Assembly (NCBI GenBank): GCA_003971905.1
Contig: RSEE01000169.1
Coordinates: forward strand, 1 to 64,000
DNA length: 64,000 bases
Direction of reading: 5' to 3'
Source of the DNA: Moniliella sp. 'wahieum'
Taxonomy: Eukaryota
The translations under genes were made by a program, and so were the position numbers. The notes under the pieces were generated by a model. That model ran no database searches. It worked only from the letters and a program-made list of their open reading frames with translations, and was not told the DNA's origin. The first letter of the stretch is position 1; every line of letters starts with the position of its first letter. Positions 38,845 through 49,235 of the stretch are shown here, in pieces.

Positions 38845-39782
38845 ATGGCGCACTACTCCAGTCCTCCCCCACCCTTCGACGCAAGCTTGTCGTTGTCGGC
38901 GACGGCGGGTGCGGCAAGACGTGTCTCCTGACAGTCTTTAGCAAGGGCTACTTCCCCACCATCTATGTCCCCACCGTGTTCGATGTACGTATTTGATTGG
39001 TTTGTGTCCCCCCCCTTCGTACCTCGACCATCTGACACCTGACCGGCTGACCCCTTCCCCTCCCGCATCTCCTCACCACACAGAACTTTAGTACGTTCCG
39101 CTCTCCATCGCCCTTCCCTTCCACATCCGTGGGGCGTGGTTACCCCCCCCCCCTCCTCATTCCTTCGCATTGATCCCCTACTGACGATACACGCAGCAAC
39201 CGAGCTCGATGTGGACGGTACGGCGGTGGAGCTATCGCTGTGGGACACGGCCGGGCAAGAGGACTACGGTCGTCTGCGTCCTCTGATCTATTCCGACTGC
39301 GACGTGATCGTCATGTGCTTTGCGGTCAACAACCGTGACTCGTTCCTCAATGTGGGAACGGTGTGGGTTCCCGAAATTTGTCACTTTTCGCCCCATTCCC
39401 CCTACATCCTCGTAGGATGCAAGACCGACTTGCGTCACGACGGATCGTTTTCTCCTGGTGCCACGACCAGCTCGCCCATGGTCACGTATCATGAAGTATG
39501 TCACCCCCCCTCCTTTGTGCTTCTTGCTCGGTTCCGTCTGCGTGGTCAAGGCTAGTCACTGACTTTGACCATGTATGGTTTGTTGTGCTGTGTTGTATTG
39601 GTGTTGTTGTGTGGTTGTGTTAGGGTGCCATGCTCGCCCAACGCTACGGCGCTCGGGTTTTCCTCGAATGCAGCGCCAAGACCGGGGCAGATGTACATGC
39701 CGTATTTGAAGCGGCAGCACGAGTTTCCATTCCTCCTCCGCCGTCTCGGAAGCCACGGCGCGCGCAATGCAGGCTGCTTTGA
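38845..39782 (+). CDS. Rho-family small GTPase (Rho1/Rho4-like) with a CAAX box; 3 introns and a 7-nt microexon
   Basis: [56 protein letters not shown] and C-terminal [11 protein letters not shown]. Donors are GTACGT/GTATGT and acceptors CAG/TAG. Confidence 0.93.
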
Positions 39783-40293
39783 CCACTCCCTTTACGACCT
39801 CAGGCTGAGCTCTGTTCAGCCCCGGCCTGCTCTTTTCTCCCCGGTGGATATCCACCGTCCCTCATCTTTGCCTTGCCTCCTCTGGGGCTCTTCGCGCCCC
39901 ATCGGAACGCACACCAACACATCATGCGGTTCGTGTCAAGAAGAGGCGCCGAAAGGCATCATCTTCCCCGTACCTCCCCCCTGTGCTCAACTTTATCACA
40001 TCTTTCTTGTTCTTCTCCCCTTTCCCCGCGCCATCCCCTTCTCCCACCATACCCTGTGCATTGGATCCTGAAGGCGAGAGCGTGCGCTCCTGGCTCTTGC
40101 TTGCCTGAGGACCCATGAGATGTACAGATTTTTCCCTTTGCAGGGTTTCACTTGAGGTGTGCAATGTAGGACCGGTGAGAGGTAGATCCACAGATCCAGA
40201 GCGTTGGGTTTGGGAAGACGTTCTGTCACAGATCTCAGTAGGCATGTGTGGCAGAGATAGTTGGAGGTGATGTTAGCTATGGGGCTCACAGTT

Positions 40294-40393
40294 GTCGGGT
40301 TAGCTCAGATGGGAGAGCGTGAGATTGAAGAAAACTTCAATATCCGATCCATTGGATTCCTCAAGGTCCCCGGTTCGATCCCAGGACACGACA
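40294..40393 (+). tRNA. tRNA-Phe(GAA) with a 27-nt intron (40331-40357); three stem mismatches, possibly a pseudo-tRNA
   Basis: D-arm GCTC-AGATGGGA-GAGC, anticodon GAA at 40327-40329, an intron containing CTTCAAT complementary to the anticodon loop, variable loop AGGTC, T-loop TTCGATC and a downstream T6 Pol III terminator. Confidence 0.85.
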
Positions 40394-41038
40394 CTTTTTT
40401 GTCCAGTGGTCAAGATTGGAGGTCGGTGCTTTTGCGTTACCTACGCTTCAGGTGAAGACATACTCAAACGAAGCTCGTGCCTTCAATGGCAACGGTAATA
40501 GGAAAGTATTTGCGACAATGCGAAACGCGAAAGCGAACAGGGCAAACTTCATCGATCATCGACGCCTTGGTCACTAGTATGCATAAGAGATGTTTCCGGG
40601 GTGCAGCGACACCTACCCTGCGATCACTCCCGAGAGTTGAGGGCAGCAAGAGGGGGACTACCCTCGTATCATTCGAGACTTGTCCCCTTCGTCATGGAAG
40701 GCTATACGGTGACACCTAACCAATGCGCTACCTCCGCACGCTACATTGAAGCTTGAAGGTGGCTCATTCAGAGCCCTACATGAAGGTGCGATAAAGGAAT
40801 GGAACTGTTGCAAGACCCCGTACCCGCCGTACGACGGACAGGGCGATGATTGCATTTTGGGGGTGCCGACTGATCGAACGTGACATCGTTCTCCCATGGG
40901 CAAGGTTAGCCACAAGAAGGGTACGCACGCTCAAGTCACTGCATGGTGTTACAGTCGAACTTAGCGGGACCTGGAATGGGCAAGCGAGTCAGCATCAGCA
41001 CCTCATGCACGTAACAAGGTGCGCCAGTCAATTTCAAC

Positions 41039-41473
41039 TTACTTGAAGTACTCGGTGAGAACGTTCAGGCCCTCCGAGGGCTCGCCAAAGTCACGAACGA
41101 CAACGCACGAGCAGCCAACGACCTTGCGGGGGTTGCCCTCCCGGTCAATCTTGGCCAGACCAGCCCAGGTACCGAGCGTCTTGGCGTCCGACACCTTGAG
41201 CAGGTCAATCTTGTGGTCATTGCAAAGTGCCTCGATCAGCTTGATGTACTCGCCCTCGGTGTTGGTCTCAACAAGCACGCACAGCTGGGCGTTGCCACGG
41301 TCAAGGGCGTGGGCGCACTCGCGCAGGCCACGCGCCAAGCTGTCGTGGATAAGAGCCTTCTTGAGAACCTCCTGCAGGGCCTCCTCGATGGTCAGACCCG
41401 TCTTGACGGGCGCGCTCTCCTCAACGGCGACTTCCTCGACAACGTCGATTTGCTGCTCCTCAATGTCAGACAT
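41039..41473 (-). CDS. RPS12: 40S ribosomal protein S12 (eS12), intronless CDS
   Basis: [58 protein letters not shown]. Confidence 0.98.
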   Translation of the reverse strand: MSDIEEQQIDVVEEVAVEESAPVKTGLTIEEALQEVLKKALIHDSLARGLRECAHALDRGNAQLCVLVETNTEGEYIKLIEALCNDHKIDLLKVSDAKTLGTWAGLAKIDREGNPRKVVGCSCVVVRDFGEPSEGLNVLTEYFK

Positions 41474-41952
41474 GGTACTGGATGCGGGTGGTGGGGATGA
41501 GCCTACCGACGTTGCCGATGGCTCCCTTGTTGCGCCTGGCTCCCGAGGCACCTCCACCTCCACCTCCCCTTCGCACAGGGCAGGCACTAGGCTAGTGAGC
41601 GGCGCACCCCGCGTCCAATTTCAATTGCAAACCCTTCTCGTTCTCCGGTGAAAATTTGGCGTAATAAAAAAGGCGGAGAGGGTGTAGTGGCCATGTGCTC
41701 CATAGGGTTGTGTTAGGCACAACGCCACTCTTGCTTTGCCTGGGCGCGGGGCGAGTGTGTTTTCGCCCTTTGCTTCGATGCACGACTTGGGAGGGAGCTT
41801 GCGGTCTTGAGCAAACCTCCACCGGTCCACGTCAACGTTGAAGTTCAACTAGGTGAGCGCTACTCCCTTTTTCCCTTTGGCTTTGCTACCTCTTCCTCTG
41901 GCCTGCCTGCTGACCCCCCCGCCTCCCCCTTGGTCTACCCGAAGCCTACACA

Positions 41953-42439
41953 ATGTCCAACGTTGAGCTTGGTGTGCAGCACGAGCGTGCTTTCCAGAAA
42001 CAGCCCCTCTTCCAGAACGCCAAGGTGGCCGCTGGCAAGAAGGTCAACAACAAGACCAAGCGCTGGCACAAGGACATTGGTCTTGGCTTCAAGACGCCCG
42101 CCGCTGCGATTGGTGGGACTACATTGACAAGAAGTGTCCCTGGACCGGTCTTGTGTCCATTCGTGGCCGCATCCTCACCGGTCGCGTCGTATCCACAAAG
42201 ATGACGCGCACTATCATCATCCGCCGGGAATACCTCCACTTTGTGCCCAAGTACAACCGGTACGAGAAGCGCCACAAGAACTTGGCCGCGCACTGCTCCC
42301 CTGCGTTCCGTGTGGACGTCGGTGACGAAGTGACTGTGGGCCAGTGCCGCCCGCTGTCCAAGACGGTCGGTTCAACGTGCTCAAGGTGACCAAGAACAAG
42401 GCCCTTGAGAAGGCTGCCAAGCAGTTTGGTCGTTTCTAA
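41953..42439 (+). CDS. RPS11: 40S ribosomal protein S11 (uS17); two indels; probable 5'UTR intron 41853-41944
   Basis: [84 protein letters not shown], ending KQFGRF*. Confidence 0.98.
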
Positions 42440-42864
42440 GCCGACTGTCATTTCGCTGCTGCGCTCCTGTCTGGTTGTGCTGGGTGCCCCCCCCCCCCCC
42501 CCCCTTGCTCGGTCTGGCTGCCATTCAGCTGCGTCACGTTGCGGTCCAGAGGTAGCCCCGCTCTTGCTTGGCGTTGCTTTGCTTTGCTTTCTACCTTTGC
42601 GTCCTGCGGGTTGGAAGGAGGGGGAAGAGCGGGGATGCATCAGGGGGTCATCCTGCGCCCCAACTCAGATAGGCCCGTTGCTCTGTACCATACCTACCTA
42701 TACATGCGGTGGCCTCTGGCTGCGCTATGAATGTTCTCGATGCCGGGCGGAGAGGCCCAATCCATGCATGATGCATTCTCCTGCTTGTGCCAGCAGTGAC
42801 TAGTGACTAGGGAGGACGAGAGGCGAGATGAGGCCTGAGGATGGTATTGGTGGACTGTTGCGTG

Positions 42865-43195
42865 TCGGGAAACTTGGGTGGTACTGCAGTGGGGTTGCTA
42901 GGATCTGTAGAATTAGACCGGCGCGGTATATTGTAGCCGGAACCTCTCGTTTGGTCCCGGTCACCCGGTCACGTTAGCCCAGGTTGCTGGGATGGACAAT
43001 GCAGGCGCGATACCCGGCGCGGACGGATGCGCTTGCGTCCACGTTCTTGCCTTAGGTTTGTTCTACCACGTTCACAAGGCAAGATCTCTTGGGTCAGGGC
43101 TGCCCCGGATGCGGGGCAAGCGGCGTATGCCGACGACTTAGAGGCTGCCAATGAATGGGCTTGGCTGTACCCACTGACCGAATAGATTGGCTGCT
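42865..43195. ncRNA. Candidate structured non-coding RNA (dense run of hairpins; weak RNase P RNA-like anchors)
   Basis: At least 6 inverted repeats in about 220 nt (listed in the finding), no credible ORF, located between two convergent 3' ends. Confidence 0.35.
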
Positions 43196-43649
43196 TTCGG
43201 AATTGGCGTTGGTGCGCACCACGTCTCGTGCGCTGTTACATGATTCCACCTACTCTCTTGCTACCTGCTCTTTGGCTATCGACAGACTACCGTAACAAAA
43301 TGTGGAGCTGAACACCGTGGGGAGGAACCAGTGGATCGATGAGGAGATGAGAGGAGAGGAGAGGAGCCCCCCAAGGAAAGCCGACATGATCGAGATGGAA
43401 GGGGAACAGAGGAAGAGACCCACCGCAAGAAGCGGGTGGGGAAAAGGAAAACGAGAAGGAAAGGAAAAGAACCAGAAAAAGGAGAAAAAGAAAAAAAGAA
43501 AACAGGAACTGTGAGACAAGGGCGAGGACGGATGAAGCTGTAAGCTCGAAGCTTGAAGACAAGAGGTGAGTGAAAAAAATTTTGGGACGAGACAAGAGTA
43601 GAGAGAAAAAATCAAGTTGACGGGGGGGAGGATGAGATTAGGTTACATG

Positions 43650-45218
43650 TTACAGGTCGACGGCAATCAAGACGAGACCAGGGGCGGGCACAAGGCCCTG
43701 GACACCAGGCAAGCCCATCGTACTCCCCTCGTACTCCGACTCGGATGAGGCTACCAGGGTCGCCCCGTCGTACTCGACACGGAAGGGGTGGAGGCATGAG
43801 AACGAGGAGAGGGGCGGGGAGCGGTAGCACGACTCGAGGCTGAGTGGAGGGTGTGGGCAGACGAGGTCCGAGGTAAGTCGGTCGGAGTAGCACGGGTGAG
43901 ACTCAACGCAGCATAAGCACGCTCGATTTGAGGTCCGTAGCTAACCACGTACCCCCCCATAACATAACCCGTGAAGCAGCGAGCGAAAGACCGGTGTGTC
44001 AGCGTTCACCGACAAGATCAGCCGATCGCATCGCATCGTTTCTGACGCATGGTCCATCACGCGTAACAGCCTCCCGTAGTTCCGTCGGCAACGACGCATC
44101 CACCGACCGAGGTCCAGCGGCAAACTCCGCCGAAGACGAGGAAGCGACACATACAACGTCCGTACCGCGCGCAAATTGTCTTCCTCCTCCTCGGACGAAT
44201 CCAAGTCGGCATCCGAACCGTCTGTGCCACGATGGGAGGTGCTAGAGTGTCGCACCGCCAACACCGCCCCGGTCCAGCCAGGCACCACGGCCCCACCTCG
44301 GCATCTCCAGCTTGACACTGTCCTCGTCCGGTTGGGCAGGAACGGCGAGCCTGCGCTGCGCAGCGCGGCGCGCTACACGGCGACGGGCACGAGGAAGGTT
44401 GAACCGAGGGAAAATGGTTTGCAAAAATTCCAAGCCCTTTTGCCCTAAGACGGAGGGATCGGGCTCGGCGTGTGCTTGGCGCGGGCTGCAGGCAAGGACA
44501 GTGGAGTACCGTAGGGCGTGGGCGGCAGGCTGGTCAGGTCCGTCGCACCAGTATCACTACCACTGCTAGAGGTGCTGTCGGTGCACGAAATGGGGTGGAA
44601 AGAAGAAGCTTGCTTGGTGACGGTGACCTTGGGAGGCACGGCATGGCCCTCTGGGCAGGGCGGGTCGGCATCGAGGGAAGAACGAAGACGAGAATCGCGG
44701 GAGATGATGGTCCGGACAGCGGCCGAAGCGGACAACGACATAGAGAGCGTGTCCGGGGTACAGGCCGAACGGCATGGCGTCGCGCAGAGCAGGGAGGGGA
44801 GTCGGCAGGGAGCAGCTCAGTGAAGAACAGGAGTGATGGGGATGGGGAGGAGTGGGGACCACAGATGACAACGGCGCGGCCTCTCTCACAGGCACATGCC
44901 GACCTAGCGCATGGGTGTCCGAACGGTGCGTGTGGATCCGAAGCAGTTGCGGTCAAGGCTTCGGGCACCGGTTGGGCGCCAGGTATTTGCACAGGAGCGA
45001 TGTCAGGTCCACCACTTGACCGGGCGGTCCGACGCTGAGAAAGGCCGGGCCTGCTTGGGCCCGGCAGAGAAGGAAGAAGCGAGGGAGGCGTCGGCGGCGA
45101 GGGCGGCCGAGCAAGCGCCAAGCAGGGTGGAGGGGCGGGGGCCGGCAGCGGCGCTGGGCTGGCCGGCTCCCGTGCGATTATTACTGGGGGTCGTACTGGT
45201 GCTGGGCGTTGTCGACAT
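43650..45218 (-). CDS. OAZ1: Ornithine decarboxylase antizyme, decoded by +1 programmed ribosomal frameshifting (ORF1 45218-45003, ORF2 in the +1 frame)
   Basis: ORF1 of 71 aa ends ..PVKWWT-UGA and the +1 frame continues DIAPVQIPG. The C-terminal antizyme domain reads ELREAV..VMDHASETMRCDRLILSV..FRSLLHGLCY(V)GGYVV..GLVLIAVDL*. Confidence 0.88.
45002..45014 (-). other. Antizyme +1 frameshift site TGG-TGG-ACC-TGA-C
   Basis: Reverse complement of gtcaggtccacca. Skipping the T of TGA restores a long open frame, and the position matches the ORF1/ORF2 junction typical of antizymes. Confidence 0.82.
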
Positions 45219-46008
45219 GGTGGCGAATGGTGGAGGGGCGACGGCGGGGCGGGGTGTGGAGTGAACCAACACGGCGATGGGCGCGGCGGGGCGGAGGCGG
45301 GCGGAGGAGGAGGAGGTGGTGGGTGGGTGGCTGGGTGGCGAGACAGTGACTACTTGCTGTGACTGGAAGCTGGAAGCGTCCCGGCACGCATCATGCATGC
45401 ATCATGCGTCCCATGTCACACGTGCTGCGCTCGCCCGGCTGTCTCCGCCTGGGGCGCAGAGCATTGGGCACGCCCAGTGCGCTGGTGGGAGCCCGTATGC
45501 GGCACGCCGGTTGCCTCATCGGTCTCATCGATCAGATCGATCATCCATCACCATCATGCGTCCTCCGCGCAGCCAGTCCGCACGGCGCCAGCCACGCGCT
45601 GGGGGGGACGCAGTAAGCACACACTGATCAAGTACAGAGTGCTGGACACTGCTCCGGCGCCCGTCCGCGGGCCACGTTCCACTGCGTCCAAATATTTGCG
45701 CTGCGTGCCGATGCGTGCCGATGCACGGAGAAGCCACCCCGAACGTGTGGGACCTGCAGTTGGACACTCGGCTGGTGCCCAGCCTTGGCACCGCCCCAGC
45801 CGCCGACTCATGACTAGTGACTAGTGACTGCGTCCTGTTCGCCCAATTTCCATCGGCGCGCCAGGCCCATTGCACCGATCAGCCCAGCCTGCCCACGGGG
45901 TTGTCGCGCGCGGAACTAGCGCAGGGCGGAATGGGCGTCCCTGCCCCACCCCCGCCCGCTCGCTTGCTCCACATTGGGGTCCCCACTCTCCAAAACGTCT
46001 CATGCATC

Positions 46009-46563
46009 ATGCCCGCTGAAGTGACGCACCACGCCCCCGCCCCCACCACGGAGCCGGCCACTGCCGCCGATGGCATCGCACAGGGCCCGGTACGACTGCC
46101 GACGACGACATGGCCGCCATGTTTGGCCCCATGAAGAAGAAAAAGAAGAGCAAAAAGACAGCCTAGAACTTTACTGACAACCTTGACAAATCTGCCCCGC
46201 GCCAGCGACGCTGTCGGGCAGGAACCCGCCCTCCCCCACCGGCTGACACGGATGCATCGGGACCATAAGCATGTGCAGGCGTTTGTTGGCTAAGTTGGGC
46301 ACGATCGGGAACGTAGATGGTACCGGCGGTTGATCATCAAGGGCCGTTTCCAGCAACAAGAGATCCAGAATGTGCTGCCCAAGTACATTGCCGAATACGT
46401 GCAGTGCAAAACATGCAAATCTGCCGACTCGGGAGCTCAGCCGGGAAAATCGGATTTTCTTCGTGAAGTGCAACACATGTCGCTCCAGCGGTCCGTTGAG
46501 GCTATCAAGATTGGGTTCCAGGCTATCACAGGCAAACGGTCCAGGATGCAGGCTGCAACGTAA
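46009..46563 (+). pseudogene. Internally deleted, diverged copy of translation initiation factor eIF2-beta (SUI3-like)
   Basis: One Lys box MFGPMKKKKKSKK is followed by TAG at 46164. The sequence then jumps to RMHRDHKHV..LGTIGNVDG..LIIKGRFQQQEIQNVL..EYVQCKTCKS..ENRIFFVKCNTC..IKIGFQA. The central region is absent. Confidence 0.7.
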
Positions 46564-47144
46564 CTGGTTCAACGTTCAGTGCGTTCACCCCCCCCTCTCG
46601 CACCCTCGACCCCTATGCATCATGCCCCTCTCGCTTTTAGACGGGGTGTCAGTCGTTTTACGCTTATGTTGTCTGCACGCTAGGTTCCCCACCTGGGCCA
46701 AGATGACGTTCACAGTCTAAACCCGCACCGGGCATACTCATACTAACGACATAGACGACATCTACACTGAGTACTGACTCCAGTCCTTCCAAGTGCACCA
46801 ATGTGAATCCTTCTGGGTTGGACGCATTGCACGGGCTCGGACATGCAGGTAGCGGTTCAGCTATTCAGACCGCCTACAAAGGGTACATCCACCTCCGCAC
46901 GTTCGTAAGCGCAGCATGGCCATGGGGGTAGAGATGGGTGCCATCGAGGGATCCTCTCAGGGAAGAGGCAGGTTTTGCATTGCCTATCGGCACCGGCAGG
47001 CCAGTGTAGGCAAAAGACGAGCAAGGCGTAGGGAAGAGGGGGGGGGAGGGGGGAGCGTAGCCTAACCAAAAACAAAATAACAATGGCCAGCACAAGAACA
47101 AGCCATGTGGCGGCTTTCTTGTCATTTTCTCCTCGTCACCTCGT

Positions 47145-47722
47145 TCACTCGTCGTCCTCCTCCTCCTCGTCACCGCCTTCGGCAGCGGCCTTGGCGCGCT
47201 TACGCTTGACGCGGCCTTCGCGGCCTCCGCCATAGGGCGAGTTGAGAGCAAAGTCAATGTGCTTCTGGCTGTCGAGACGGACGACAAACGAAGGCACATT
47301 AACAATCTGCTTGCCGACGCGAATGTGGCGCTGACGAATGAGCACGCGAGCATGATGAATCGATTTTGCCAGACCCGTCTTGAACACTTGGGTCTGCAAC
47401 CGACGTTCCAAAAAGTCTTCCACAGTCAACGACAAGACATAGTCCAGCCGCATCCGCGTCTCGTCCAGCACACCAATGCGAACCAGACGACGAATAATGG
47501 CGTTGCCCTCAAACAGACGCTTCGGGTCCTTCTCATCCAACTTGAGCAGCTCCCGAGCCGCACGACGGATCTTGGACAGCGTAAGCGAAATCCGCCAAAT
47601 CTCCGTCTTGTTGCGCAGCCCGTACTCGCCAGCCAACTTCAGCTCCGAGTCAAGACGCGACGCCTCAACGGACGACGCGGAACCTTGTAGGTCTTGGACT
47701 GCTTCCGGGGAGCGAGAGGCAT
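47145..47722 (-). CDS. RPS9: 40S ribosomal protein S9 (uS4), intronless CDS, one indel near codon 19
   Basis: [18 protein letters not shown](F)[67 protein letters not shown]. Confidence 0.98.
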
Positions 47723-49235
47723 GGTGCTGGACGGGGGACAAGAGAACGCCCTACCCCTCCCTCCACCCGGACCACTTCTCAACGCGCGCCGGACGAAGCA
47801 GGGCACGGAGAAGCCACGACGCAACCCTATTGACGTTCAGGTGGGAGTAGACTGGCCTTGTTCCCTCCTGCTGCGGCTGGCCGCACGGAGGAGAGAGCGC
47901 CCCTCCGCCAGACCCATTATTTTGCAACCGTAAGGAATTCAGACACTCACCCCATACTGTGGTTTTGACGGGCCAACGTACCTCCCTCCAACCCTACCCC
48001 TTACTCGGCAGACGCCGCGTGCCACTGCCGCGTGCCACTGGCCTCCCTCGCTGTCCAGGCCTGCGACAAGACGGCGCGGTTGAGCTATCAGCAAGGGTGG
48101 TGAGGCCACCAAGCCCCAAGTAAAGTAGACAGTGTCAACGCTTCTTTCTTTCTGAGTTCCGTGTCCTCGTTGAGTAGGCGAGTGGGGGAGGCGAAATCGA
48201 CGGTCCCGGTGCCCCTTCCGGCCCTTCCATCCCAAGAGGTCGGGACTCCGGACTGAGTACTGAGTAAGACGCAAAGGTTCGGCCGCTGAGGACTGAGGTT
48301 GCGGGAGGATCAAATGGCGAGTGCGCCCCTCCCCAACCCCCCCTGGGTCAGCCGGTTCGACTGGCTTGTGACGTGCACACGTGTTGGGGGACAGGAGAGG
48401 CTGTTGAGCGGCTGAGCCCTGAGCTGAGGAGAGAAGACACTTGTTTCGTTACCGTCACCGTCACCGTCACCGTGTCCGTATCCGTCCGCACGGCTTGTTC
48501 CAGCTGTTCCAGCTGTTCAAGCTGTTCAAGCTGTTCAAGCTGTTCAAGCGTCGGTTCCCCCGCCTTCGCCCCCTCGTTCATTAGTCACTAGTCACTCCAC
48601 CTACCTACCTTATCCGTATCCCGTAGGCAGGAACAACAATAGCTTCCAAAGGGAGTCACAACAATGGCGCAGGGCAACCTGAAGCACTCTACAGAGCGCA
48701 CGAGGTGCAGAGGAGAGGGAACAAGAGGGGGGGGAAACCAAAAAAACACAAAGGCAAGAAGGAGCCGTCAAGCTTCAGCGTCAAGCCTTCAAGCCTTCCA
48801 AGCGTCAAGCTCGCGTCAAGCTCGAAGCTAGCTTCCAGGAAAGATAGAACAGGGTGGCAACTAAGGTACCGTCGTACCAGCCGTACCACCGTATCAGACG
48901 CCTAAGCTCATGGGAGTTTGCCAAGCAACAGCAACCCGAAGCCAGAATCGGCGAAAGGATAGAAAAGGATATGGGGGGGCGGTGACGCAGTCAGATGGGC
49001 ATGGAGCATGGAAGAAGAAAGGGGCGGCTAAGGGACGGAAACAAGAAAACAAGATGCCCGATGTGGCATGGACCATGGACCATGGATTATGGTTCATGGT
49101 TCATGGTTCATGGTACATGCATCGTTGGGGCCTGTCATCCGATCCTTTCATCGATCACAACATGGTGCCCAACCACATTCGAATCGGCGGGCGTCGCCTC
49201 GTCTGCGTCCGCATGGGGCCCTGCAGCTACTCTGC

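Noticed and set aside
772..39782. RAM2, an Ste6-like ABC exporter and a CAAX protein as a pheromone or mating-type cluster
   Set aside because: The genes are tens of kb apart among unrelated housekeeping genes. I found no STE3 receptor, homeodomain gene or short CAAX pheromone ORF, and the only CAAX seen belongs to the Rho GTPase.
42110..42375. Frame changes in RPS11 (and RPS9, KAP104) as programmed frameshifts
   Set aside because: I know of no recoding in these families, there are no shift-site motifs, and the same error type occurs throughout the window.
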